Shown here piece by piece: positions 39,398-53,179 of a DNA stretch of 64,000 nucleotides. A program made the translations under genes and the position numbers. The notes under the pieces were generated by a model, which searched no databases, was not told the DNA's origin, and saw nothing but the letters and a program-made list of their open reading frames with translations. The number at the start of each line of letters is the position of its first letter. Positions within the stretch are counted from its first letter, which is position 1. The DNA is from Dendrobates tinctorius (Eukaryota), in assembly GCF_039654945.1 (NCBI RefSeq), contig NW_027361838.1:434001-498000 (forward strand), read 5' to 3'.

Positions 39398-41358
39398 CCC
39401 CTTCACCCCAAAGCCTGTCTTCACCTTTCTAGCAGGCCAATTTTTTTTTCAATTCCGACCACTGTTACTTTATGAGTCATAACTATGAAACGATCCCACT
39501 GATTCTGATACTGTGTTTTCTTGACTTGTTGTACTTCATGACAGTGGTAGAATTTCTTTGCAATGATTTACAGTTATTTGTGAAAAAAATAGGAAATTTG
39601 GCGAAAATTATGATTCACAGCAATTAATGAAATGTAGAAGAAAAAAAATAAACATTTAACTTTCACAAAAATGTTCCTAATTTTTTTTACTTTAGTGGAA
39701 ACACCCCACAAGTGACACCATTTTGGAAACTAGACCACTTAGGGAACTTATCTAGATGTGTATTGAGCACCTTGAGCACACCAGGTGCTTCACAGAAGTT
39801 TATAACGTTGAGCTGTGAAAATAAAAAAAAATCACACTGTTCCCACAAAATATTTTTAGCCCCAAACTTTGCATTTTATTAATGGTAACATGAGAAATTG
39901 CACCACACAATTTGCTGAGCAATTTCCTCTGAGCATTCTGATACCCCAGAAGGGAAGGAGCGCCATTTGATTTTTCGAATGTAAAATTTGCTGGAATAAT
40001 TAGCAGACGCCATGTTGCCTTTGGAGAGCTCCTGATGTGTTTAAATAGTGGAAACCCCCAACAAGTGACCCTATTTTGGAAACTAGACCCCTTAGGGAAC
40101 TTATCTAGATGTGTATTGAGCACCTTGAACCCCCAGGTGCTTCACCGAAGTTTATAATGATGAGCCTTGAAAATAAAAATAAATCTAATTTTCCCACAAA
40201 ACATTTAAAGCTCCAAATTTTGTATTTTCACAAGGATTAAGAGGAGAAAATGGACCCCAAAATTTGTTGTGGAATTTCTCCTGAGTTCTCCAATACCCCA
40301 TATGGGGTTGAAAATGACTTTTGAGGCATAATGCAAAGCTCAGAAGGAAAGGAGCACCATGTTACAGTGCAGGTTTTGCTGTACTGGTTTGAGGATGCCA
40401 TGTCACATTGGCAGAGCCCATGAGGTGCCAGAACAGCAGAACCCCACATAAGTGACCCCATTTTACAAGCTAAACCTCTCAATGAATTCATCTAGGGATG
40501 CAGTGATTATATTGACACCACAAATGTGTCACAGATTTTTATATCACTGGGCAGTTAAGAAAAAATGATTTACATTTTTTATCATCAAGATTGTGTGTTA
40601 CACCAAGTTTTACATCTCATACTGGAAAATGAGTGAAAATGGTACCAAAGTTTATCCCACAATTTCTGCTGAATTTAGAAATACCCCATATGTGGTTATA
40701 CGGTACTGCTTAGCCACACGGTGAGACTTGGGAGGGACAGTGCAGTATTTGCCTCCTGGAGCTCAGATTTTTCTAGAATAGTTAGGATTAATATTGTTTC
40801 TTTTTTATTAGTTATTTATTTGGGGATTTTTTTCTTACATTTCACACTTTTTATTATAATTTTTTTACTGTTTTACATTGACCCAGGATGGAACATCACT
40901 GTACAGTGGCAGATTGCTGATCTGATATTCTGAAATGCTTCTGCACTGCAGAGCATCAAATCAACATCTGACAGGCAGGGAAGGAGGCATGTCAGTTCCT
41001 GCTCTGAGCAGGTACTGAAAAGCCACCTTCCCTGATGGATCCTGCGGTCATCTTGCGACCGGGCGTCACCATGGAGACTATCAGCACAACGTGATCGCAT
41101 CTTTGTGCTAATGGAAGCACACAGGGAGTCCACTCCCTGTGCAATCTCCTTGATGTTGCTGTCACTATTAACAATGGCATCAGAGGGGTTAAACGCCAAT
41201 AATCAGTGCTAGCAGTTCTCACACAGAGCTGACAACCGCACCCGATTGCAGCGGTGCTCAGCGTGAGACCCCCCGATCGCGGCATCGTACATGTACCGTG
41301 GTTTAAGGGAATGCAGTTCCCACAGCGCTGTACATGTACGGTGCATGTCAAGAAGGGG
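39398..41358. mobile_element. 2-kb piggyBac-like element related to 33632-38411, in the opposite orientation
   Basis: TTAA|ccccttcacccc ... catgtcaagaagggg|TTAA. Contains reverse-complement copies of the ~380-bp unit. Confidence 0.85.
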
Positions 41359-41864
41359 TTAAACAGTAATCAGTGTTTTAACTAAAAATATACCTTAAAA
41401 GAGTATTGGTTGTTTTAAGAATTTTTTAATAGGTTAGAGTAGAGTAAGGCTTGGCCAGAAGAGTCTACCTTATCGTGTCTACCTTGTCGTGGTGGTGGTG
41501 GCGGCGTAAAAAATCTTTTGGGCCAAAACAAAAGCTGCTGGCTATGTATGTGATATAGTGTTCTATGGGAACTTTTAATGTGTGATTGATGAGGATGAAA
41601 GGGCTGAATCCGAAGTTGTTTATTTTATTACTGAGCAGGTGGTGCTTCGGGTTGGAATTCTGCATAGGAGAGGGTTTCATTCTATATACTTCTTAACCTG
41701 TCACATTTTCTTCTTCTGGTCCTGTCATGGCTACGTCTCCATGAAACTGTAATAGACTGAAGATCTGGTGAAGTGTTTTGCTTGGGATAGTTTTGCCATG
41801 AGAAGCATCTTCTTCCTATAAGTCTAGTTCATCCATCACTGACTCAGTCTAACCTGCTGGGCCT

Positions 41865-44514
41865 GCCACCCACTTAGTGGTCTTATGCAGATGTCTTTTA
41901 CAAGAGGGAGGTTAAGATGTTACCTCCACACATGCCATATGACTGTCCTATTGACCTACTCCTGGAATCTTCTCCCCCTTGAGGCTGTATCTACCCTATG
42001 ATTCAGACTGAGATCCACACCATGTCTGATTCCATCAAGGAAATGCTAGCAAGGGAATTCATCCAGAAGTCATCCTCCCTGGCAGGAGTTGGTTTATTCT
42101 TTGTTAAGAAGAAGGATGGAACTCTCCGACCCTGTATTGATTATAGGGGACTCAACCAGATCACAATCAAAACAAATATCCATTGCTACTGATTCCAGAA
42201 CTGTTTGATCCACTTAGAAGTGCCAAGATCTTCATAAAGCTCGATCTGAGAGGAGCATGCAATCTAATCTGCATACACGAAGGAAACGAGTGGATGACTG
42301 CTTTCAACACCAGAGAAAGTCACTACAGGTACCGTGTTATTCCATTTGAGCTCAGTAACACCCCAGTTGTCATCCAAGAGTTTGTGAATGACATATTCAG
42401 AGATCTCCTTTACGCTTGCATGTTGCTTTATCTGGATGATATCCTGGTCTTCTCTATAGATCTGCCATCTCATAGAAGGAACTTTCGCCAGGTCTTGCAG
42501 AGACTAATGGAGAATCTCCTGTATGCCAAATTTGAGAAGTGCATCTTTGCCATCTCTTCCATTCCTAGGTTATATCATTTCGGCCACAGGTTTGAAGATG
42601 GATCCTGAGAAGGTGTCTTCCATTTTTAAATGGCCATGTCCAATTGTCATTAAAGCAATCCAGCGATTTTTGGAATTTGACAACTTCTTCCGCCAGTTTA
42701 TTCCTCACTTCTTGTCCTTGACTGCTCTTATTTAAACTCTGATGCACAAGGGCACCAATCCTAAGTTCTGGTCTGAGGAGCCTGAGAATGCATTTCTTTC
42801 CCTTTAACAGTCCTTCTCTTCTGCTCGTTTAATACACAGACTCAAGATCAGCAAACAATTTTTTCCTGGAAGTGGATGCTTTATCATTTGGAGCAGGGGC
42901 AATCCTCACACAGATGTCTTCCTTTGGACAAATGGTAACCTGTGGTTTATTTTCCAAGTTATTTTCTGCTCCTGAATGAAACTACTGAATTGGCGACCAT
43001 GAGTTGTTAGCCATTAAGATGGCTCTACACTCTGGAGTCTAGAGGAATGGCATTATTTTCTCGAAGTGGCTGTAAATCCAGCCATCATATACACCTACCA
43101 TAAGAACTTGGCCTATCGGCAGTCTGCACATAGGCTCAATCTGCGCCAACTAGGTGGTTGTTGTTTTATTGCCTGTTTTGACTACATTTCCAGCCGGTGG
43201 ACAAAAATGTCAAGGCGGATATTCCCTCCCTGTCCTTTCTACCCACCGATCAAGCAGAAGAGCCACAGCATATAACTGAACCCTCCCAGATGGTTACAGT
43301 TGCCCCTTTGAACTCGTCCCAGATTCCCCCATAAAGATAAGAAGCAAGTTCTGCTGTGTGGGCGCCCTTCTTAGTTGTCTGGTTATGTCGGGCAGAGAAA
43401 GACTGCACAACTGATTTCCCGTTATTATTGGTGGCCTAACATGAGAAAGGATATTCTTGAATATGTTTAAACTTGTCGGGCGACTTTTACCTTTTCCTCT
43501 TCCTTCAGCTCCCTGGCAGCACATCACAGTGGACTTTATTAGGATGGTGATGGCCCTCTTCTCGAAAATGACTAATTTTAATTTTTCTTCAATGCCTGGC
43601 CTGTCATCTGCTGCCCGGCTTGCAGAGAGGTTTATTCAGCACATCTCTTGTTTTCATAGCTTCCCACTTCACATTATGTCCAACAGACTTCTGGAGATAT
43701 CTGTGTAAACTGTTGAATATGGTATTGGACCTCTCACCTGCACACCATTCTCAGTAAAACGGTCAGGTGGATAGTCAACCAGATACCGTCTAACTTTCTG
43801 TGGCATTTCAGGAATATCGACCATCATGACTAGGTAAAGCTTTTGCCTTTGGCTGAGTTCTCTTGTAATAATCATGTGAGTCCTCTGCGAAGTCACCATT
43901 TTTGTTGTTTGTGGTTACCAGTCTGGTATTCCTCTTCCGGTGTTAGCCACGTCAGGCCTTCCTGCAGATGATACGGTAACTGATGATTTCTCCAAAATTT
44001 GGAGGGACATTAAAGCTAACCTGGAGAAGTTGTCCAAATTGGTGAAAAGGCATGCAGACAGGATACGCATGGATTCACTGTCCTTTTAGCTGGAAGAGAA
44101 GGTGCGTCTCTCTTTACGAGACTCATCTGTCTGATGATGCGGTCTTACAACTTGGGTCCTCGCTTTATCAATCCTTTCGAGGTTCTTGAGCAGATCAATG
44201 TGGTATCCTACAAATTGAATCTCCCAGCTTTGTTATGTGTGCCTAACTATTTCCATGTATCTCTTCTCAAGCGAATTGTCTTAAGTCCCATCTTCAAAAA
44301 TCTGGGTACTACTCCTGCACCAGTGAGTTCGAGGATGTCTTCGATGTGGAGAGCATCTTGGTCATGAAGGTGAGAAGTAAAACTTATTTCTGGTGGATTG
44401 GAGGGGGTCAGTCTTGAAGAGAGATTATTTGAGCCAAAGGTGAACATTAATGCCCCACTTCTAGAGAAATTCCTTGCAGGATTGATGAAGAGTTGGTGTA
44501 AAGGGAGGGGATAT
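41865..44514 (+). pseudogene. Decayed Gypsy (chromovirus-type) pol: RT, RNase H, integrase, chromodomain-like tail
   Basis: [62 protein letters not shown]. Many stops and frameshifts. Polypurine tract aaagggagggga at 44500-44511. Confidence 0.92.
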
Positions 44515-45135
44515 TGTAATGCTGGCATCCCTGTATGCCTCCACTCCTCCCTCCCTCCCAGCCGAGATGCCGTTATGCTCACCACCCCAGCCATCCAGAC
44601 GCATCCTCTGCTCCTGCCCCGATGTCCCAGGCCCTGTGCACACCATGCAAGTCACCTGGTAGCATGTTCCCTGACTCTTAAGCAGACATCAGACAGAGCA
44701 CGCACAAGATGTACCCCTAGCCAATAGTTGGGAGGCACTTAGTACTTAAGACACCTTCACCCATTAGATGGTGCCTAAGCAAACTTAGCATATTGTTAGT
44801 TTGTATTTGCTTCCTTGTTGTTAGGTCACTCGGTCTGTCTAGCCTGAACCTTATCCTGTACTGTCCATTATGAACGTGTTCCGTACCTAACCTGCCAGTA
44901 CCTAGTCCTGAACCTGAAATTGCTTTGTCCAGGCCTTGTTCCTTGTCTTGTATCCAAAAATCGCATAGTCTGAACCAATACCAGTGGCCATCCTGTCTTG
45001 TATCCAGAAGCCAGACTATGTGCACCGTTACCAATATGCAGTCCTACCTGGGACTCTGAACTTGAGCCAACGTCCCTGAGCCTTGGGGTCAGCAGTTACA
45101 GTTCTGGACACTGTCCTGGAGTGCTACCTGTCAAC
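44515..45135 (+). mobile_element. 3' LTR of the Gypsy element, right end lost or interrupted
   Basis: Begins TGTAA just after the polypurine tract. No terminal TTACA with TSD was confirmed. Confidence 0.65.
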
Positions 45136-45589
45136 TACCTTCACAGCGACGAAGCAACTAAGCGAAACGCACGTTAGGGTCTCCCTGTTCACACTCCAGC
45201 GAGGTTGGTCTTTGATATTATATGTCTATATTGGCCTTTATGTTTGCATTGAATTTTTGAACCACTGAATCTTATGGAAAAAACGCTGCTGACATTTTAT
45301 ACATATCTCTTTATATACATTTTTTGTAGGTCCATTTTTGGGTCCACACATACTGCACTATTGCACTTTATATTGTATATTATTCACTTTTTGAGAGATA
45401 TTTGCTGTTTTACCTGTGTGTATATATTTACTTTATGAAGGTCTCTTTGTGACCATATACATTATATATATATATATATATATATATCTTTTTGCACTTT
45501 ATATCTGGCAGTAATTTCCTATTTGTATTTTCATACTGGTAGTTCACCTTACATATCGCTGACTGTGATTGCTAAACAGCGTAGCGAGA

Positions 45590-46183
45590 AAAAAAGTAAA
45601 AATGCCAGCATTAGGTTTTTTGGCCAATGCGACATTGCATTAAAATGGAATAATAACGGGTGAACAAAAGATCTTATATGCACCAAAATGGTATCATTAA
45701 AAATGTCAGCTCAGCACGGAAAAAAATAAGCCCTCACCTAACCTAAGAACACAAAAAATGGAGATGCTACAGTTATCGAAAAATGGCGCAATTTTTTTTA
45801 ACAAAGGTTGGAATTTTTTTTTCACCACTTAGATGAAAAAGAACCAAGACATGTTTGCTGTTTATGAACTAGTGATGACCTGGAGAATCATAATGGCATG
45901 TCGATTTTAGCATTTAGTGAACCTAGTAAAAAAGCAAAACAAAAAAACAACTGTGGGATTGCACTTTTTTGCAATTTCACCGAACTTGCAATTTTTTTCC
46001 CATTTTCCAGTCCACCATATGTTAAAACCAATGGTGTCTTTCAAAAGTACAACTTGTGCAGCAAAAAACAAGCCCTCACATGGCCATATTGATGGAAAAA
46101 TAAAAAAGTTATGGCTCTGGGAAGAAGGTGAGCAAAAAACGAAAATGCAAAACCTAAAACACCTTCGGTCATGAAAGACTTAA
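45590..46183. mobile_element. Terminal fragment of a piggyBac-like non-autonomous element
   Basis: Similar to 34430-34940 (aaaaaataagccctcac, aaaaagttatggct). Ends cggtcatgaaagac-TTAA. Confidence 0.55.
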
Positions 46184-47081
46184 TGTAGGTTTATAATTTA
46201 CTGTAATCATATCATTTTGAAACATTACACAAAGCAATATCAGGTTTCAGTAATAGGTTGTAGTACATTTCACTTTTTCTTACCTTAATGTACACACAGT
46301 AAGTAAGAATGCAAGAAGACACAAGTCCATCAAGGTCAAGCTATTATTTTGATGCTGTGCTGATATCGATGTAGTAAACGTGCAATCAATATGCTCTGTG
46401 ACTACTTATTTCACATTTCCTCCATAATCTGTATATCCGTGAATAATGCAAATTACACAGTGAAATTCCTTGAAAAATAATAAGAGGCCACATCAGGAAT
46501 TCAGGGTGATAATGTGTCAAGGTCTATACAACATGAAATATCATTGTTAGCGTTAAGAAAATAAAGACATGTTGCTATTCCTATCATTATTCAAAAAGCA
46601 AATCACTGCTGCTGAATGTCTGATGAATCTGCTGCCTGCAAGACAGTGTGTAATGATCCTTTGGTCTGTGCTATAATGGGTTTAGTCTGACATACCATTG
46701 GGAATTGAGTACTTCCTTAACAGGAAAATACTTGTTTCATTATCTTTAGTGCATTGGACTTTCTCAACAATATAATCGCAATAGTACAGCTACATAAAGT
46801 TACATACATTGATCTAATGATAATGCTCTACATCAGAGAACAAAAACAATGATATTACCCCCCTGAGAGAACACTGCACAAAAATGGAGATACACTGTCA
46901 GAGTGAAATAATGGTAACAGTTGCCAGAGAGGAAATAAGTAAAAGTATTGCCAGCGATGATAGCTGGAATCTAGAATTATACCCATTAAAAAGTGCTCTT
47001 CCTCCAAGCAATATCTTAAGTAATTAACTATCTTGCTTATATCTTATTTATGATAAAATATACAAGTTCCAGGACATAAAT

Positions 47082-47194
47082 CATCTTTTTTTAATTATTA
47101 CACATAATTTTCCTCTCTTCTGCAATCAGTTAAGCTTGTACCTAGAAATTCATAAAGATCACTATATAGTGACAGCCCTTGCTATCAAGTCACG

Positions 47195-47240
<46 letters not shown>

Positions 47241-47349
47241 ACTTGATAGCAAGGGGTGACAGTATATAGTGATCTTCACGAATTCCTAGGTACAAGCTTA
47301 ACTGATTGCAGAAGGGAGGAAAATTATGTGTAATAATGAAAAAAAGATA
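47082..47349. repeat. ~110-bp inverted repeat enclosing a (TATC)n microsatellite
   Basis: 47082-47190 pairs with 47241-47349, with (tatc)~11 in the loop. Confidence 0.9.
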
Positions 47350-47361
47350 TACAGTATATAT

Positions 47362-47863
47362 TGTAGGGCTGTACTCACTGAGGTGCGGCAGGAGGAAGAC
47401 AGGAGGCTCATTTCTTTGAAAAAGTCCATGTGGGTTTATTTGCTCCATAAACCCCTAAGCCATAACAAAAGGTAAACGGCCTTTAGAGCAGGCAAAACAA
47501 CACAAATGTCCTTAGCCGGGTTCAACTCCCTCAGACCTATGAGCACACAGGCTGGGCAATGTCCAGCACGCAGGCTAGGTCTGGAGCCCCGCACACACAG
47601 AAGGCTTCTCCCTTTCTGCACACAGACCATGTGCCAAACTACAGCCTCCATTATGTAGGCTGTAACCACACCCACATGTGAGGTATTTGGGTAGCCAGAC
47701 CCACCCATCTCTCATAGTTACCCGCAACCTGGACCCAGGTGCACTAAACGACATCTTAGTGCTTACGTGCACTAAAGAAAAATACTCTGGGTTACATCAC
47801 AGGGAGCAGCCATCCATGTGACACATTCATCCCATTGATTACACGGCCATTAGCCTCCTTACA
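47362..47863. mobile_element. Solo LTR (502 bp)
   Basis: TGTAGGG...CCTTACA with the 4-bp duplication ATAT on both sides (low-complexity flank). Confidence 0.7.
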
Positions 47864-47986
47864 ATATATATATACCCCCTCTAAAGACACCAATGAAAGG
47901 GGAGAAGAATTGAATGTCCTATGCACTTTTACAGTAGCAAACAGATGTAGCAAAAGTTATCTTAATGCACAGCAAATCTTGATAGC

Positions 47987-49297
47987 TAGACATGAGCAAA
48001 CTTGTTCGGAAAACGTTCGCCAATTTTAAATTCGACACAAACATAGCACATTTGGATTTGTATTCGGTTTCACAAGCATTTCTACCCAAAGTCGGCAAAA
48101 TTTGGTCACACTTCGGTAAATCATCACGTTTCCACTAATTCTTTTCTTCTTACTATAGCAAGGATAGTGGTTCTGTATGATGAGCTGGGGAGAGGGGGCA
48201 GGGTGATGTGTTTTATGAGTGGATGGGGTGTGGAAAGGTTAGAGTAGCAGTACGCTTTTTTCTCTTAACTTTATTTGTGTTGATTCCGGCAGCCAATCAG
48301 GGCGCGAAAACCATCCACAACGTCATGACACAAGGTCTTCTGTGATTGGCTGCCAAAATCACATGTCTCTGGCAATATAAAAAGAGGAAATCTTGTTTTG
48401 CTGGTGCCATTTGCACAGTGTCACAGTGCAGTTAAGAGATAAGCTGCTCCTGATAGTGCTGAAAGTGAACTTGTCAGTTAGCTAGATAGGATCCTGTCCT
48501 TTGTGAAATCGATCTTTCAGCATCTAATTAGATTGTCCAAAACCTGTGTGGCAGTCTCCAGAGGCCCCATTTGCTACTCCAAATTGTTTGTGATAAAACT
48601 GTGTTTCAGGGCAAGTTCCAACGGTCAGTAAACGCTGCGTACATCCGCAGCGTCGAACCCGCAGTGTCCACATGTTACTGCATGGTGGATGGGCTTTCAA
48701 GAAATCCCATGTCTACTATGTGTCCTCCGGCACCCGTGGCTTATCTGTGGAGACGGACATAAAACGCTTCTTTCCAGACCAAAGCATGTCTATTTATCTT
48801 GCAGAGTAAGGAACCATGAGGAAAGAAAGGATTACCTAATGAAAAGTGCACACTCAAATATAAAAAATATATGAATCAACTTTAATTATACTGACACAGC
48901 AAACACGTGAGTGTAAAAACAATTAAAAAGATATGCCGATGACGTCCCAGACCCAAATGCCAATAAGACATTTATGAGTGCGATAAGATATCAAAAAATG
49001 GCAGTATACAGCAATAAATGATACAATAAAGACGAACCATATGGCGGTATAGTGAGCGTGCAACAAGCAAACCCAGCAGCCAAATCAGAAGGCCAAATTT
49101 CGACTTCAAAATTGTTAGACTTAATATTGGGGTGCAGCCACAAGTCCCAATTAGCTAATCCAAATAGTTTGTGATAAAACTGTGTTTCAGAGACAAATCA
49201 GAAGGCCAGATTTCGACTTACAAATTGTAAAGCCTAATATTGGGGTGCAGCCACGGGTCCCAGTTAGCTAATCATTTGAAAGGTTCACTCGTTACTA
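47987..49297. mobile_element. Non-autonomous hAT element with nested fragments
   Basis: Termini tagacatgagcaaac / gttcactcgttacta. 8-bp TSD ttgatagc / ttgataac (7 of 8 match). Confidence 0.7.
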
Positions 49298-49691
49298 TTG
49301 ATAACTTGTCACAGACTCTACTAAAGGTAAGAAGAGTAACATAACTTTGAATTTTTATAGGCCATTGACTAATAGGTGTCTATTTACAATTTTTTTGAGC
49401 TTTGATGATTCTGTGCAGTGTGTTATCGCGTCAATTTAGCCTTTACTAGATCTGTTTGTCACTGACTTCTACTGGAGTTTTACTTCTGTATGTGTGATTT
49501 CAGACATATTACTTATAACGTCACATGTTGTGTGCCTGTCTTTGATAAGGGCTCTCACACTGAGCCCGCATCTCTCCCTGCACATGATGACTGATTTAAT
49601 CAAGCATGATGTGCCTATTTTTTCCTACTTCTTTGATGATGACACTTTGATTGAGAATCCCAGTACATGCTTGGTTACTCAAGCAAAGCCT

Positions 49692-50454
49692 TGTAGGGAA
49701 GGTGACCTGAAGGACGGACGGACTTGTCAGAATAGAGAAAGGAAGGTTTGCACAGTTTAGGCAGGTGTCAGTTACTACAGTGGGGAAACAGCTGAGAAAG
49801 TGTAGTGGCCGTGCGTACCTTGGGTTGACCATTAAAGGGTAGGGAGGAGTGTGAGCAAAGGACTTGACATCAGCTTAGGGCTTAGGAAACCTTTGGTCAT
49901 GGGGGCGGAGTTATAGGGAACCGGGAATGATATAAATTTGACAGGAGGGTTCCAGAAAGTTCCAGTCTCCAGGGGAGCTCAAGTGACAGGAGGACTATGA
50001 CAGTTTGTGCACTGTGAGGAAAACCAAACCAGGGGGACTGAGGAGAGAGAAAGTCAGGGGGGTGATCCTGACATAAAAGTACCGCAGTATAGACAAGGCA
50101 TCGAGGTAAAAAACACCGCATTAAGAAAGACGACTGATCAGTAAAAGTACTGTTGGTTTACGGGCCTAAGGCGGCCACAGTGACGGATCTGACAGGAGCG
50201 TCGAAGAGTGAAGAGGGGACAGTGCGTTTATGTACGTCCCTGGTGTAAAGTACAGTGTGAGTGAAGCGGCCCTAGAAACGGAGGGCTGAGAAGCAAAGTG
50301 AATTGAAGTGCGGTGTACTTCGGAGGCCGTCAGGCGTACGGCAAGAGAATAAACTTGGACCTGTTGTACCCGACACTTGTCTCCATCGTGTCTCTGTTAC
50401 GTCTCTGTGCGGTAAGAGAGGGACCACCCCCCAGTCCGGCCCACCGACCCTACA
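49692..50454 (+). mobile_element. Solo LTR (763 bp), Gypsy-type 4-bp TSD
   Basis: Perfect TGTAGGG...CCCTACA ends, TSD gcct (49688-49691; 50455-50458), AATAAA at ~50348. Confidence 0.88.
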
Positions 50455-51302
50455 GCCTCATCAGGGGACAGCCTCTGCTACCTGCCTGAAAAAGGGTTTC
50501 ATCATTGACGCTTGTTTCAGGGCATGGGCTAGTCCCTGTCTGCTGTGCACTGTTCATTGTTCACAATTGTAACATGCTCCCTTGCAGACTCACATTGGTA
50601 AAAATGAACTAGCAACAGAGTGCTCTGTCAGTATACCCGGAGAAAGATTTCCAGTTTGTCAAGGAGCGCTTCCGGCTGATTCATTAATTACTCCGAGTAT
50701 TTCAAGGAATATCCAGAAAAGGAAGGGGAGTGCAGATCAAAGTGCAGAGTTTTAATTATGTCAGATAGAAATAAAAAATTCTCACCTTTTTGGTGTCTTG
50801 TTGCTCAGCGTATAACCCTGTGTTTGGGTACTGGAGTAATCGTCTGAATCTGCTGGCCTGCAGCTCAAAACAGGTAGAACGAACTACCTTGTAGGAGATT
50901 CGTCAGAGAATGCAGAAAAGAATTTTCAGTTTGTCAAGGAGCGCTTCCGGCTGATTCATTAATTACTACGAATATTTCAAGGAATATCCAGGTTGTTAGA
51001 CATAAAAACACAACGAGTTTCAGCTATATATAAAATTAGAATTCATCAGGTAAAATCATATATATCTTTAAAAAACACATTTATATAGGGGAAAAAACAA
51101 AAAAGTTCCACCCTTCAATCAATTATCATGGATTAAAACCACATGAACACCTCTCCAAAGTGTTGGGAGGTTAGTTGTAGGTGGAATCTATATTACTCGG
51201 AATCTAATAAAAAACCTCATTTTCTATGTGGGGTTTTTTTTCCATCTCTTCTTTTCCTCTCCCTTTCTCCCTTTTATTTTATCAGGTAAAATTGTTCTTA
51301 TA

Positions 51303-52949
51303 CAGTCATATGTTAAAGTTTGGGCACCCCTATTAATGTTAACCTTTTTTCTTTATAACAATTTTGGTTTTTGCAACAGCTATTTCAGTTTCATATATCT
51401 AATAACTGATGGACTCAGTTATATTTCTGGATTCAAATGAGGTTTATTGTACTAACAGAAAATGTGCAATCTGCATTTAAACAACATTTCACCGGTGCAA
51501 AAGTATGGGCACCCTTATCATTTTCTTGATTTGAACACTCCTAACTACTTTTTACTGACTTCCTGAAGCACTAAATTGGTTTTTTAACCTCATTGAGCTT
51601 TGAACTTCATAGCCAGGTGTATCAAATCTTGAGAAAAGGTATTTAAGGTGGCCACTTGCAAGTAGTTCTCCTATTTCATTCTCCTATGAAGAGTGGCATC
51701 ATGGGCTCCTCAAAACAACTCTCAAATGATCTGAAAACAAAGATTATTCAACATAGCTTTTCAGGGGAAGGATACAAAAAGTTGTCTCAGAGATTTAACC
51801 TGTCAGTTTCCACTGTGAGGAACATACTAAGGAAATGGAAGAACAGGTACAGTTCTTGTTAAGCCCAGAAGTGGCAGGCCAAGAAAAATATCAGAAAGTC
51901 AGAGAAGAAGAATGGTGAGAACAGTCAAGGACAATCCACAGACCACCTCCAAAGACCTGCAGCATCATCTTGCTGCAGATGGTGTCACTGTGCATCGGTC
52001 AACAATACAGCGCACTTTGCACAAGGAGAAGCTGTATGGGAGAGTGATGCGAAAGAAGCCGTTTCTGCAAGCACGCTACAAACAGAGTCGCCTGAGGTAT
52101 GCAAAAGCACATTTGGACAAGCCAGTTACATTTTGGAAGAAGGTCCTGTGGACTGATGAAGCAAAGATTGAGTTGTTTGGTCATACAAAAAGGCGTTATG
52201 CATGGAGGCTAAAAAACACAGCATTCCAAGAAAAACACTTGCTACCCACAGTAAAATTTGGTGGAGGTTCCATCATGCTTTGGGGCTGTGTGGCCAATGC
52301 TGGCACCGGGAATCTTGTTAAAGTTGAGGGTTGCATGGATTCAACTCAGTATCAGCAGATTCTTGACAATAATGTGCAAGAATCAGTGACGAAGTTGAAG
52401 TTACGCAGGGGATGGATATTTCAGCATGACAATGATCCAAAACACCGCTCCAAATCTACTCAGGCATTCATGCAGAGGAACAATTACAATGTTCTGGAAT
52501 GGCCATCCCAGTCCCCAGACCTGAATATCATTGAACATCTGTGGGATGATTTGAAGCGGGCTGTCCATGCTCGGCGACCATCAAACTTAACTGAACTGGA
52601 ATTATTTTGTAAACAGGAATGGTCACAAATACCTTCATCCAGGATCCAGGAACTCATTAATAGCTACAGGAAGCGACTAGAGGCTGTTATTTTTGCAAAA
52701 GGAGGATCTACAAAATATTAATGTCACTTTTATGTTGAGGTGCCCATACTTTTGCACCGATCAAATTTTGTTAAAATGCAAATTGCACATTTTCTGTTAG
52801 TACAATAAACCTCATTTGAATCCAGAAATATAACTGAGTCCATCAGTTATTAAATATATGAAACTGAAATAGCTGTTGCAAAAAACAAAATTGTTATAAA
52901 GAAGAAAGGTTAACATTAATAGGGGTGCCCAAATTTTAACATATGACTG
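51303..52949 (+). mobile_element. Full-length Tc1 transposon (1647 bp) with long IR/DR-type TIRs
   Basis: TA|cagtcatatgttaaagtttgggcacccc ... ggggtgcccaaattttaacatatgactg|TA. TIRs ~210 bp. Confidence 0.96.
51701..52721 (+). pseudogene. Tc1 DD34E transposase with a single frameshift near 51845
   Basis: MGSSKQLSNDLKTKII..., then GRPRK, WTDE, QHDNDPKH, SPDLNIIE. 34 residues lie between the second D and the E. Confidence 0.93.
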
Positions 52950-53179
52950 TAGTTTCCATAGGGAATATGAATGCATGAGTTCCAGTCCCGAAAGAAACTA
53001 GTTAAACTGATGGTCCCTAGTGATGAAATTAATAAAAATAAATTATCTACGGGTTGGAAAAATGGTTTTGTCTCACCCGAGATATATACAAAATCTTTAA
53101 TATTGATGCTAAAAGATAAATTACTTTATTAATTTTATTAATTTTAAACATGGAAGAAGTTATCTTTTATAATCATTTC

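Noticed and set aside
46618-46660. CTGATGA hammerhead half-core
   Set aside because: No downstream stem II-GAAA. Similar hits at ~44131, ~52153 and ~56869 lie in transposon coding DNA.
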